Both the position numbers and the translations under genes were made by a program. Below, piece by piece: positions 1 to 10,416 of a stretch of DNA of 44,484 bases (positions are counted from its first letter, which is position 1; each line of letters begins with the position of its first letter). The notes below the pieces were generated by a model, which saw only the letters and a list, made by a program, of their open reading frames with translations, was not told the origin of the DNA and did not search any database. The DNA is from Gammaproteobacteria bacterium (lineage in GTDB: Bacteria > Pseudomonadota > Gammaproteobacteria > Natronospirales > REEB76), in assembly GCA_050739175.1 (NCBI GenBank), contig JBOIAZ010000132.1:1-44484 (forward strand), in the 5' to 3' direction.

Positions 1-209
1 CCGATCTCATAGCTTTCGACCAGGGTGTAGGTCGGACTGCGTACCCGCCCGTCGAATCCCAGGCCTTTGAGTACTCCTCTCACCAGCGTGGTCTTGCCCG
101 CGCCCAACTGGCCGCGCAGATACACGATCACACCGCGTTGCAGGGAGCGTCCCAGCGCCTGTCCCAGGCCATCCATGTCAGCGGCACTCGGCGCGTTCAG
201 ATCGGTCAC
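1..209 (-). CDS. tsaE: tRNA threonylcarbamoyladenosine biosynthesis ATPase TsaE (YjeE), N-terminal part; the gene runs off the left edge
   Basis: Reverse-strand translation from GTG at 209 gives VTDLNAPSAADMDGLGQALGRSLQRGVIVYLRGQLGAGKTTLVRGVLKGLGFDGRVRSPTYTLVESYEI. It has the P-loop GxLGAGKTT and the SPTYTLVE motif typical of TsaE. The GTGA start/stop overlap with nnr matches the usual nnr-tsaE order. Confidence 0.8.
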   Translation of the reverse strand, partial: MTDLNAPSAADMDGLGQALGRSLQRGVIVYLRGQLGAGKTTLVRGVLKGLGFDGRVRSPTYTLVESYEI

Positions 210-1675
210 GCGTTGAGCACCGTGCGCAGCTTCGCTATAAGGTCGCGCGCCAGCAGCCCGCGTTCTCCGGCCTTGGCGGCGCAATCGCCTGCCAGCGCGT
301 GCGCCTGCACTCCGGCCTGCGCCGCCTCCGCCAGCGTCAGTCCCTGGGCCACAAGGGCCGCGATGACACCGGTGAGCGCATCGCCCGTGCCGGGCGCAGC
401 CATGCCGGGGTTGCCGTACCGGCAGATTGCCGGCGTCTCGCCGTCCGCCGCAACGATGCTGCCCGCACCTTTGAGTACCACGATCGCGCGGTACTTTTCT
501 GCGATCCGCGCCGCCGCCTGCAGCCGATCCTGCTGGACCGCGGCCACGGATTGCTTAAGCAGGCGCGCCGCTTCACCCGGGTGCGGTGTGAGAATCCAGT
601 TACCGCGCGTACGCGGCTGTGCGGCCAACAGGTTGAGCGCATCCGCGTCCACCACCAGCGGCAGCGGCATCTCCAGCACACGCTTGAGGAGGCGCTGGCC
701 CCACTCCCCTTGCCCCAAACCCGGCCCTACGGCAATCACGGTGGCGCGCTCGAAAAGCGCCGCCGCCTCCGCCGCATCCTCCACACCGCGCACCATGGCT
801 TCCGGCAGGCCCGCGAGAAAACCCGCCACATGCTGCGGGCGCGTGATGACGCTCACCAGACCCGCACCGCTGCGCAGAGCGGCTTCCGCGCTCAGACGCG
901 GCGCGCCGCCCATGCCGTGATCGCCACCGATGACCAGCACGTGGCCGAAATCTCCCTTGTGCGCGGCGCGTGCGCGCCGTTGCAGAGGCGTGTGCGCATC
1001 AAGCAGGCGCGCACGCGGGGGCACGCCTTCAAATGTCCGCGCAGGGACTTTGAGCGTGTCGAATTCAAGTGCGCCGATACAGGACGGCCCTTCACCGGTG
1101 AACAAGCCGGCTTTCAGGCCAATGAAAGTCTGCGTTACGCTGGCGCGCACCGCTGCGCCCAGAATTGCCCCACTATCCGCACTCAGCCCCGAGGGAATAT
1201 CCACCGCCAGTACCGGCTTGCCCGACGCATTGATCAGCTCGACCGCCTGGACCCAGCAATCGCGCAACGGCCGATCGAGACCGATGCCGAAGAGCGCATC
1301 CACGATCACATCCACCTTGGGCGGCAGCGCGCCGGTGAACGGCTGTTCGCGACCCTGCGCTGCCAGAAACCGCTTGCGCACCGTCGCCGCCGCGCCCGCG
1401 AGCTTCGCCGGGTCGCCGACGTTCAGCACCGTCACGCGCCGTTTCGCATGCCGCGCCTGTGTGGCAAGCACGTAGCCGTCGCCCGCATTGTTGCCCGCGC
1501 CCGCGAACACCACGATGTCGCGCGCTTTCGGCCAGCTTCGTTGCAGCGTCTGCCACGCGCTCGTACCGGCACGCGTCATCAAGCTCAGCGCGGGTACACG
1601 CTGATCCTCGATGGCGCGCCGGTCGAGTTCGCGCATTTGCGCAGCGGAGTAAAGCGCGGCTGGAAGTTGCGGCAT
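206..1675 (-). CDS. nnr: bifunctional NAD(P)H-hydrate repair enzyme Nnr (epimerase/ADP-dependent dehydratase, YjeF)
   Basis: C-terminal 489 aa of ORF 206..2851(-), starting at MPQLPAALYSAAQMRELD (ATG at 1673-1675). It has the YjeF_N motif AGAGNNAGDGY and the C-terminal carbohydrate-kinase-like GPGLG...GNPGMAAPGTGDALTG. The upstream 392 aa of the track ORF are antisense to pruA and are rejected. Confidence 0.9.
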   Translation of the reverse strand: MPQLPAALYSAAQMRELDRRAIEDQRVPALSLMTRAGTSAWQTLQRSWPKARDIVVFAGAGNNAGDGYVLATQARHAKRRVTVLNVGDPAKLAGAAATVRKRFLAAQGREQPFTGALPPKVDVIVDALFGIGLDRPLRDCWVQAVELINASGKPVLAVDIPSGLSADSGAILGAAVRASVTQTFIGLKAGLFTGEGPSCIGALEFDTLKVPARTFEGVPPRARLLDAHTPLQRRARAAHKGDFGHVLVIGGDHGMGGAPRLSAEAALRSGAGLVSVITRPQHVAGFLAGLPEAMVRGVEDAAEAAALFERATVIAVGPGLGQGEWGQRLLKRVLEMPLPLVVDADALNLLAAQPRTRGNWILTPHPGEAARLLKQSVAAVQQDRLQAAARIAEKYRAIVVLKGAGSIVAADGETPAICRYGNPGMAAPGTGDALTGVIAALVAQGLTLAEAAQAGVQAHALAGDCAAKAGERGLLARDLIAKLRTVLNA

Positions 1676-1732
1676 GGAAGCATCATTATATAGAGTCTGT
1701 TCATCCTGCAATTCCCCCTCAGAGGCACCGCC

Positions 1733-3370
<1,638 letters not shown>

Positions 3371-3380
3371 CTGCGTACAC

Positions 3381-4436
3381 ATGCCGGATTTTGACGCCCT
3401 TGCCGGACAGATTCGCGCGTGGGCCCGCGAACTCGGCTTTCAGCAAACCGGAATTGCCGGCGTGGGACTGGCCGAAGACGAGCAGCGCCTGCTCGACTGG
3501 TTGCAACAGGACCGCCACGGTGAAATGGAGTACATGCGGCACCACGGCACGCGCCGCAGCCGGCCGGCGGAACTGGTGCCGGGCACGCTGCGCGTGATCT
3601 CGGTACGCATGGATTACTGGTCGGACACTGCAGCCGACAGTCAAGCGCTGTTGAACGAAACAGACCGCGCCTATATCGCGCGCTATGCACTCGGCCGCGA
3701 CTACCACAAGCTGTTGCGCGCCAGATTGCAGAAGCTCGCCGAACGCATACAAAAGGAAATCGGCGCCTTCGGCTATCGCGCGTTCACCGACAGCGCCCCG
3801 GTTCTGGAAAAAGCGCTGGCGCGCAACGCGGGCTTGGGCTGGATTGGCAAGCACACCAATCTGATCAACAAAAACGCCGGCTCGTGGTTTTTCCTGGGCG
3901 AGCTGTTCACTGATTTGCCTTTACCGCTGGACGAACCCGCTCAAGACCATTGCGGCAGTTGCCGTGCTTGCATGGATGTGTGTCCGACCGGCGCCATCGT
4001 CGCGCCTTATCAGCTCGACGCGCGCCGCTGCATCGCCTATCTCACCATCGAGTACAAGGGTTCGATCCCGCTGGAACTGCGCAAACCCATGGGCAACCGC
4101 GTGTTCGGCTGCGACGACTGCCAGTTGTTCTGCCCCTGGAACAAGTTTGCCCGACCGACGCAGGAAAAAGACTTCAAGCCGCGCCATGGCCTCGCCGACG
4201 CCGAACTGGTGGAACTGTTCAACTGGACCGAAGCGGAATTCCTGCAACGCACCGAAGGCAGCGCCCTCCGCCGCGCCGGTTACGAATGCTGGCTGCGGAA
4301 TCTCGCCGTAGGGCTCGGCAACGCACTGACCTCACCAAAAATCATCGCGACGTTACAAGCCCGCGCAGAATATCCATCGGAATTAGTGCGTGAGCACGTG
4401 CGCTGGGCGCTGGCGCAGCACGCGGCTATTGCTTGA
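3381..4436 (+). CDS. queG: tRNA epoxyqueuosine(34) reductase QueG
   Basis: 351-aa ORF with 4Fe-4S ferredoxin motifs (CGSCRACMDVCPTGA, CDDCQLFCPWN) and C-terminal HEAT-like repeats. Its position near nnr-tsaE matches enterobacterial synteny. Confidence 0.9.
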   Translation: MPDFDALAGQIRAWARELGFQQTGIAGVGLAEDEQRLLDWLQQDRHGEMEYMRHHGTRRSRPAELVPGTLRVISVRMDYWSDTAADSQALLNETDRAYIARYALGRDYHKLLRARLQKLAERIQKEIGAFGYRAFTDSAPVLEKALARNAGLGWIGKHTNLINKNAGSWFFLGELFTDLPLPLDEPAQDHCGSCRACMDVCPTGAIVAPYQLDARRCIAYLTIEYKGSIPLELRKPMGNRVFGCDDCQLFCPWNKFARPTQEKDFKPRHGLADAELVELFNWTEAEFLQRTEGSALRRAGYECWLRNLAVGLGNALTSPKIIATLQARAEYPSELVREHVRWALAQHAAIA

Positions 4437-4464
4437 GCGTGGGCGCCGCCTGTCGCAAAACGCG

Positions 4465-5199
4465 CTAGCCATTCCGCCCGTGGCAATCGCGGAAGCGCAG
4501 GCCGCTGCCGCAAGGACAGGGACCATCCGGTTCAGGTACCACCGCCCTGTCGTCCAGGCCGGCGCTCGCCGGGCGCTGGAAATGGCGCTGCATGGTGAGC
4601 TTGTCGAAGGGGCCGATGCGCTCGCGGCCGTCGAATTTGAAATCCGTGTACTCACCGTGCGCGTCCACATAGTGCAGGAAGGTCTGCACCCACCATTTGC
4701 CTTCGAAGGTGTCGCGCCAGTGGGGCACGTCGGCACCGCGGTAAATCAGCATGTCGCCGGGCGCAAGTTCCAGGGGCTTTTGCACGCTGCCCGATTCCAC
4801 GCACAACGGCCAGAGCTTGTCGGCCTGGAAGCCGAGCGCCAGTGAGGTGCTGATCTCGCAGGAGGGCCGGTCCAGGTGCTTGGGCAACACCGCACCGCGG
4901 CCGTAGATGCGCAGATACGAATAGCACGGCAGCAATTCCAGCCCGGTGGCCCTTTCGACCACCGGCTTGAGTTTCAGGAGCAGGCTTTCGCTGAGCGCGT
5001 CCGCATAGCGGCCGATGGCCGCGCGGAACATGTCTTCGTGCTCGTAGTAAGCGGGCCAGTGCTGTTGCAGGAGTGCATAGCGCGTCGCGAGTGCGGCGCT
5101 GTCGGCGCTGATGACCGAGCGCAGCACGGTGTAACCGCTCTCGCGGAACTGGCGCGCGGAGTCAGGCGCTGCAGGTGCCTGGGAAGCGGGAACGCTCAT
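4465..5199 (-). CDS. hypothetical protein: 2OG-Fe(II) oxygenase-like core with a C-terminal SEC-C zinc-binding motif
   Basis: 244-aa ORF. It carries a candidate HxD...H facial triad (PKHLD ... DVPHWRD) in a predicted beta-rich region. The C-terminus CPCGSGLRFRDCHG matches the SEC-C motif CPCGSGxxFxxCHG. Confidence 0.7.
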   Translation of the reverse strand: MSVPASQAPAAPDSARQFRESGYTVLRSVISADSAALATRYALLQQHWPAYYEHEDMFRAAIGRYADALSESLLLKLKPVVERATGLELLPCYSYLRIYGRGAVLPKHLDRPSCEISTSLALGFQADKLWPLCVESGSVQKPLELAPGDMLIYRGADVPHWRDTFEGKWWVQTFLHYVDAHGEYTDFKFDGRERIGPFDKLTMQRHFQRPASAGLDDRAVVPEPDGPCPCGSGLRFRDCHGRNG

Positions 5200-5300
5200 G
5201 CAAAGCCCCGTGATTGGCTGCGGCCCAGCTTAATCTTTTGGTTTTATCAGTCAACCGGGGACCACTCGCGCACTGCGTCAAAGCCCGACAGATTCCTATG

Positions 5301-5327
5301 GTCAGGCCCGCGAACGCGGGATTCCAT
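5301..5327. repeat. REP-like GC-rich palindromic element (hairpin cccgcg-aa-cgcggg at 5307-5320)
   Basis: It lies in the intergenic space between the 2OG/SEC-C gene and panD. The reverse strand reads atggaatcccgcgttcgcgggcctgac. A related, degenerate copy lies at 34600-34626. Confidence 0.4.
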
Positions 5328-5413
5328 GAATGTTCACATCCTGGATACCGCCCGGCGCAAGCCGGAATCACGTCGCCATGACGTATCAGTCGGAGCCCCA
5401 GGCAAACCCGTTT

Positions 5414-5794
5414 TCAGGCGGCTTGGACGGGGATGGCGTTGGACGTGCGCGTGATCTTGTTGCTCTCGTCGAGGTACACGAGGTGCGGCTTGTGGTTGAC
5501 GGCTTCCGCGGCGGTCATCTGTGCGTAGGCACAGATAATCACGATGTCGCCCGGCTTGGCATGGTGCGCGGCCGAGCCGTTTACGGAAATAGTACCGGAA
5601 CCCGCCTCTGCACGGATCGCATAAGTGGTCAAACGCGCACCGTTGCTGACGTTGTATATCTGAATCTGCTCGTAGGGCAGGATACCGGCCGTGTCCAGCA
5701 AATTGGCGTCAATCGCACAAGAGCCTTCGTAGTCGATCTCCACGCGGGTGACGCGCGCGCGGTGCAGCTTGGCTTTGAGCAGGGTGAGTTGCAT
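5414..5794 (-). CDS. panD: aspartate 1-decarboxylase proenzyme PanD
   Basis: [29 protein letters not shown] with the self-processing G-S site and the conserved Y..NG.R motif. The start is taken at the internal ATG of ORF 5414..5818 and gives 126 aa. Confidence 0.9.
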   Translation of the reverse strand: MQLTLLKAKLHRARVTRVEIDYEGSCAIDANLLDTAGILPYEQIQIYNVSNGARLTTYAIRAEAGSGTISVNGSAAHHAKPGDIVIICAYAQMTAAEAVNHKPHLVYLDESNKITRTSNAIPVQAA

Positions 5795-5856
5795 GGAAAC
5801 TCGAAAAGCAGATGACACGCGGGAAATTTTATACCGGCGAGGCAGTGGCGCTCAAG

Positions 5857-6723
5857 TCAGATCCCGGCGCGTGATGCCGAAAGATGCACCTGCACGTTGT
5901 CTATGAGCCGCGCCTTGCCGAGCCAGGCCGCGGCCAGCACCACAAAATCCCGGGTATCGGTATTTGCTCCTGCCAGCGTGTGCGCCGCGCGGATGGAAAC
6001 ATAGTCGGGCCGCAGGTGCGCCGAAAGTTTCTGCTTGGCGTCTGATTCCAAGCGGGAAAAATCACGCCGACCGGCGCGCAGCGCCGCCGCGGTTTCGGCA
6101 AGCGTGCGATACAAGAGCGGTGCCAGTTGGCGTTCCGCAGACGTGAGGTACTGATTGCGAGAACTCATGGCCAAGCCATCGGCCTCGCGCACTATCGGTA
6201 CACCGACGATCTCCACCGGCAGGGACAGGTCGGTCGCCAGCCGCCGTACAATCTGCAACTGCTGATAATCCTTCTCCCCGAACAGCGCCACGTCCGGCTG
6301 CACGATGTTGAACAACTTGAGCACCACGGTGGCGACGCCGCTGAAATGGCCGGGACGGGATTCCCCATCCAGAATTTCGGATAGTCCCGGCACATCCACG
6401 CGCGTGACCCGGTCGCGCCTGTCCGGATACATGTCTTCCACGGCCGGCACGAACAGCAGGTCAGCCCGGACCGCCTCCAATCCGGCCTGGTCCGCCTCCA
6501 GCGTGCGCGGATAACTCTGGTAGTCCTCGCCCGGGCCGAATTGCAGCGGATTGACGAAGATGCTCACCACCGCGCGCGTCGCATGCCTGTGCGCTTCCTC
6601 CACGAGCTTCATGTGGCCGGCGTGCAGATTGCCCATGGTGGGCACCAGCGCGATGCGCTCGCCGGCACGGCGCCAGCGCTGCACCTGATCGCGGAGTTCG
6701 GTTACACCGTGAACGGCAAACAT
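5857..6723 (-). CDS. panC: pantoate--beta-alanine ligase PanC
   Basis: 288-aa ORF with the VPTMGNLHAGHMKLV (HIGH-like) and FGEKDYQQL motifs. Confidence 0.93.
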   Translation of the reverse strand: MFAVHGVTELRDQVQRWRRAGERIALVPTMGNLHAGHMKLVEEAHRHATRAVVSIFVNPLQFGPGEDYQSYPRTLEADQAGLEAVRADLLFVPAVEDMYPDRRDRVTRVDVPGLSEILDGESRPGHFSGVATVVLKLFNIVQPDVALFGEKDYQQLQIVRRLATDLSLPVEIVGVPIVREADGLAMSSRNQYLTSAERQLAPLLYRTLAETAAALRAGRRDFSRLESDAKQKLSAHLRPDYVSIRAAHTLAGANTDTRDFVVLAAAWLGKARLIDNVQVHLSASRAGI

Positions 6724-6756
6724 GCGAAGTCTTGAGAGCGTTGAGTGTGGTGCTGA

Positions 6757-7584
6757 CTAATCAAAACAATGTTCGGGCGCCGGGTAACTTTTATCCTTCA
6801 CCGCCTTAACGTAGGCTTCGACCGCGGCACGCGGGCTGCCCGCGCCCTGCATGAAATTGCGCGCAAATTTGGGGCGCCGACCAGGCGTGATGTCGAGCAT
6901 GTCGTAGAGTACGAGGATCTGGCCATCCACCCCGGGCCCGGCGCCGATACCGATCACCGGAACCTTCACCTTCGCGGTGATTTTGGCGGCCAGGGTCTGC
7001 GGAATCAGTTCCAGCAAAATGATGTCGGCGCCCGCCTGCTCCAGCGCGAGCGCGTCTTTGAGCATCTGCCGCGCGGCCGCCTCGCCGCGCCCCTGTACCT
7101 TGAATCCACTGAGCTTTTCCACCGCCTGCGGCCGCAGACCCAGGTGCGCGCACACCGGCATGCCGTTGGCCGCCAGGGCCGCGACGATCTCGGCCTGCGC
7201 GCCGGTACCCTCGAGCTTGACCATGCGCGCGCCGCCCTCCTGCATCATCCGTCCGGCGTTGCGCAGCGCCGTCGGCACGTCCACATAGCTCAGAAACGGC
7301 ATGTCGCCAATCAGATACGCGCGCGTGAGGCCGCGCGTCACCATGCGCAGGTGGTAGACCACGTCGTCCACCGTCACCGGCACGGTGCTCGCATGTCCCT
7401 GCACGACCATGCCGAGCGTGTCGCCTACCAGCACCACGTCCACGCCGGCGCGGTCGAGCAGCGCGGCAAAGCTGGCATCGTAAGCCGTGAGGCAAGCAAT
7501 TTTTTCGCCCGCCGCTTTCATCCTGGTAAACGATGCGAGCGTCAGTTTTTCAGCGCCATCGCGCTTTTCCGGCTGGGTGTACAC
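6757..7584 (-). CDS. panB: 3-methyl-2-oxobutanoate hydroxymethyltransferase PanB
   Basis: 275-aa ORF with LTAYDASFA, VLVGDTLGMVVQGH and KLEG motifs. It sits in the panB-panC-panD order. Confidence 0.93.
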   Translation of the reverse strand: MYTQPEKRDGAEKLTLASFTRMKAAGEKIACLTAYDASFAALLDRAGVDVVLVGDTLGMVVQGHASTVPVTVDDVVYHLRMVTRGLTRAYLIGDMPFLSYVDVPTALRNAGRMMQEGGARMVKLEGTGAQAEIVAALAANGMPVCAHLGLRPQAVEKLSGFKVQGRGEAAARQMLKDALALEQAGADIILLELIPQTLAAKITAKVKVPVIGIGAGPGVDGQILVLYDMLDITPGRRPKFARNFMQGAGSPRAAVEAYVKAVKDKSYPAPEHCFD

Positions 7585-7634
7585 GGAAACTCCTGTTCAT
7601 ACCGGCTCCAGCATGACGGGCCGGAGCGCAAACA

Positions 7635-8291
7635 TCAAGCCCGGCGCGCCACCGGGTTGAAATAATGCCGGCCGCTGCGCACGCGCTGGATTTCGCCAAC
7701 CAGCTGCGCGTAATCGGCCTCACTGTCCACAACGTTGATGTCACTCGCGTTCACGATCAGCAGCGGCGAGCGGTCGTAATGGTGAAAGAAATAGGCGTAC
7801 GCACCGACAACGCGCTCGAGATAATCGCGCCGGATGAAGCGCTCGTAGTCCGCGCCGCGGCGTGCGATGCGCCGTGTGAGTACCTCGACCGGCGCCTGCA
7901 GGTACACTACCAGATCCGGTGCGGGCGCATCCACGGTGAGATGCTGATACACCTGTTCGTACAGGGCGAATTCAGCGTCATCCAGGTTGAGCTGGGCGAA
8001 CAGGCGATCTTTTTCCAGCATGAAATCCGCGACGCGCGCGGGCGTGAAGATATCGCCCTGGCGCAGCTGCTGCAGTTGGCGGGCGCGCTGGAACAGGAAC
8101 GACAGCTGCGTGGGCAGCGCCGCGTGCACGGGATCACGGTAAAAGCGTTCCAGAAACGGATTTTCCTCGGCATGCTCCAACAGCAGTTCCGCGCCCAGCG
8201 TTTCCGCCAGAAGTTGCGCCAGACTGGTCTTGCCCACGCCGATGGGACCCTCGACGACCAGATAACGGGATCGGGCTTCAGGCACGTGCAC
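7635..8291 (-). CDS. deoxynucleoside kinase family protein
   Basis: 218-aa ORF with the P-loop VVEGPIGVGKTSLAQ and the dNK-type ERF/FxQ and DRxxxF motifs. It overlaps the folK stop by 14 nt. Confidence 0.8.
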   Translation of the reverse strand: MHVPEARSRYLVVEGPIGVGKTSLAQLLAETLGAELLLEHAEENPFLERFYRDPVHAALPTQLSFLFQRARQLQQLRQGDIFTPARVADFMLEKDRLFAQLNLDDAEFALYEQVYQHLTVDAPAPDLVVYLQAPVEVLTRRIARRGADYERFIRRDYLERVVGAYAYFFHHYDRSPLLIVNASDINVVDSEADYAQLVGEIQRVRSGRHYFNPVARRA

Positions 8292-8787
8292 TCTCCTCGT
8301 AAAGCCGGATCGCCGGCGAGCTGCAATGCTCGCGCAGCACGCGCACCGGACCGTGACCGGGAATCACCAGGTCCGGTGCCAGCTCGGCCAGAGGATACAG
8401 AACGAAGCTGCGCTTATGCAGCTCCGGGTGCGGCAGCGTCAGTTCCTTGGTCTGCAACACGAGCGCGTCGTACACCAGCAGGTCGAGATCCAGGCTGCGT
8501 GCGCCCCAGCGGCTGCCGGGACTGCGCTGCCGGCCGTGATGCATTTCGATTGTCAGCAAATGCCGCATCAGTTCCCGTGGCTCAAGGCGCGTCTCCAGCG
8601 CGGCGACGGCGTTGAGGTAATCCGGCTGATCCTTGGGTCCCAAGGGCTTGCTCAAATAGAAGCGCGAATGCGATGCGACCCGCGTATGCGGCAACTGCGC
8701 GAGTTCAGCAAACGCAGCGCGCAGTTGTGCGGCGGGATCGTTCAGATTGGCGCCGAGGCCGATGTATGCGCTGACCGGCGCGCGCAT
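8278..8787 (-). CDS. folK: 2-amino-4-hydroxy-6-hydroxymethyldihydropteridine diphosphokinase FolK
   Basis: MRAPVSAYIGLGANLNDP...RWGARSLDLDLL...LTLPHPELHKRSFVLYPL are canonical HPPK motifs. The ATG at 8785-8787 lies 2 nt after the pcnB stop. The upstream part of the track ORF is rejected. Confidence 0.88.
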   Translation of the reverse strand: MRAPVSAYIGLGANLNDPAAQLRAAFAELAQLPHTRVASHSRFYLSKPLGPKDQPDYLNAVAALETRLEPRELMRHLLTIEMHHGRQRSPGSRWGARSLDLDLLVYDALVLQTKELTLPHPELHKRSFVLYPLAELAPDLVIPGHGPVRVLREHCSSPAIRLYEESARA

Positions 8788-8789
8788 GT

Positions 8790-10118
8790 TCAGGCCGATT
8801 CGGACACTTTGTGCCGCCGCCGGCGCCGCGCACGCCGCCGGCGGCCGCCCGGTGCGCCCGCCGCAGGCATAAGCAGCTCGCGCTCGACATCGGTGCCGGC
8901 GGATTGCAGGCGCGTCCACCAACCGGCCAGTTCCGTATCCACTTCACCGGCTTCGGCACGCAGCATCAGGAAATCGTAGGCGGCGCGGAACCGCGGATGC
9001 GCCAGGAACCGCGATGGCCGCTTGCCCTCGCGCTGCAGAAACCGCGGCTGCATCTGGTAGATCTCGATCATGGGCGTGGCGAAGCGCCGCGGCAGCGCTA
9101 CATGTGCAACCTGTTCGAACACCAGCTCATCCGCGGCCTGGCGCAGGGCTTCGACCGGATGCGTAGCCGCGCTTTCCAGCTTGGCGGCCCGCTGGCGCAC
9201 CGGTTCCCACAGGAGTGCGGCGAACAGGAATGCCGGGGTGACCGGTTTGTCTTGCGTGACGCGCGCGTCGGTGCTGGCAAGCGCACGGCTTATGAAGGTG
9301 TGCGGAAAACCCTGGTCCTCGGTGTCCAGCAGCGCGTCGGTGCGCGGGAACAGTCGGTTGAACAGGCCATAACGGCGCAAATGCTCGAACGCCTGGGCGC
9401 CGAAGCCGTAAAGGAACAGCTTGAGGATTTCTTCGAACAGCCTGGCCGGCGGAATGTCCGCCAGCAGGGGGGCGAGTGCCGCAATCGGCGTGCCGGTATC
9501 CGGGTGCACGCGGAAACCGAGCTTGGCTGCAAAGCGCGCGGCGCGCAGCATGCGCACCGGATCCTCGCGATAACTGGTCTCGGGATCGCCGATCAGGCGC
9601 AGCACGCCGGCATGCAGGTCTGCAAGCCCGTGCACGTAATCGCGCACGGAAAAATCGCGGATGTCGTAATACAGCGCGTTGACGCTGAAATCCCGGCGCA
9701 AGGCGTCTTCTTCAAGCGTACCGTAGGTGTTGTCGCGCAGGAGGCGGCCGTTTTCGCTGGCGCTGCCGGCGGCCGCTGCCTGCGTCACCGGCCGATTCGC
9801 GCGGAACGTGGCGACCTCGATGATTTCGCGGCCGAACTGCACGTGTGCGAGACGGAAGCGCCGGCCGATGATGCGGCAGTTGCGGAACAACGCGTGCACT
9901 TCTTCCGGCCGCGCGTTGGTGGCGACGTCGAAGTCCTTGGGCTCACGTCCGAGCAGCAGGTCGCGCACCCCGCCGCCCACCATGTAGGATTCATAGCCGG
10001 CACTCTTCAGCCGGTACAGCACCTTGAGGGCGCTTTCGGAAATTCGGGAGCGCGAGATGTTGTGCTCGGCGCGCGGAACGATGACGGGGGAAATAACGGA
10101 GGGTTCCTGTGTGTGCAT
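8790..10118 (-). CDS. pcnB: poly(A) polymerase I PcnB
   Basis: 442-aa ORF with the nucleotidyltransferase motif GGGVRDLLLGREPKDFDVATNA and an arginine-rich C-terminal tail. The pcnB-folK synteny is present. Confidence 0.92.
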   Translation of the reverse strand: MHTQEPSVISPVIVPRAEHNISRSRISESALKVLYRLKSAGYESYMVGGGVRDLLLGREPKDFDVATNARPEEVHALFRNCRIIGRRFRLAHVQFGREIIEVATFRANRPVTQAAAAGSASENGRLLRDNTYGTLEEDALRRDFSVNALYYDIRDFSVRDYVHGLADLHAGVLRLIGDPETSYREDPVRMLRAARFAAKLGFRVHPDTGTPIAALAPLLADIPPARLFEEILKLFLYGFGAQAFEHLRRYGLFNRLFPRTDALLDTEDQGFPHTFISRALASTDARVTQDKPVTPAFLFAALLWEPVRQRAAKLESAATHPVEALRQAADELVFEQVAHVALPRRFATPMIEIYQMQPRFLQREGKRPSRFLAHPRFRAAYDFLMLRAEAGEVDTELAGWWTRLQSAGTDVERELLMPAAGAPGGRRRRARRRRRHKVSESA

Positions 10119-10153
10119 GCAATCCGGAAGCTTGCCTGGTATTGGAATTGAAC

Positions 10154-10181
10154 TTGAGCAAATCCGGGCTGCCCGTATAAT
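10154..10181 (+). promoter_or_regulatory. sigma70-type promoter candidate for tRNA-Glu
   Basis: -35 TTGAGC (10154-10159), a 16-nt spacer and -10 TATAAT (10176-10181), about 20 nt upstream of the mature tRNA 5' end. Confidence 0.5.
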
Positions 10182-10201
10182 ACCACTCCCTTTCCATCCC
10201 C

Positions 10202-10277
10202 GCTCCCTTCGTCTAGAGGCCTAGGACGGAGCCCTCTCAAGGCTTAAACACCGGTTCGAATCCGGTAGGGAGCGCCA
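10202..10277 (+). tRNA. tRNA-Glu, anticodon CTC, with encoded CCA
   Basis: Folded by hand. Acceptor GCTCCCT/AGGGAGC, D-arm GTC-TAGAGGCCTAG-GAC (Glu-type), anticodon stem GAGCC/GGCTT with loop CT-CTC-AA, T-arm ACCGG-TTCGAAT-CCGGT, discriminator G, then CCA. It is collinear with E. coli tRNA-Glu. Confidence 0.93.
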
Positions 10278-10400
10278 GCTGTGTTGAAAATTTTTTTCAC
10301 GGAGCCATCCCTGGCGGGCTTATCCAGCCTGCACATCGTGTGCAGGCGCGCGGTCGGATCGGACTGCCACCGGCAGTCCGATACAAGGCGCCGACCACGC

Positions 10401-10416
10401 CCGGTAGGGAGCGCCA
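10401..10416 (+). repeat. direct repeat of the last 16 nt of tRNA-Glu (ccggtagggagcgcca)
   Basis: Exact 16/16 match to 10262-10277, located 123 nt downstream of the tRNA and 17 nt upstream of the RDD start codon. Confidence 0.6.

Noticed and set aside
299-1693. 464-aa ORF on the + strand
   Set aside because: It is entirely antisense to nnr, extremely Arg-rich and has no motif. It is a high-GC artefact.
6769-7665. 298-aa + ORF
   Set aside because: It is antisense to panB and is a compositional artefact.
8811-10151. 446-aa + ORF
   Set aside because: It is antisense to pcnB and is not supported by any motif.
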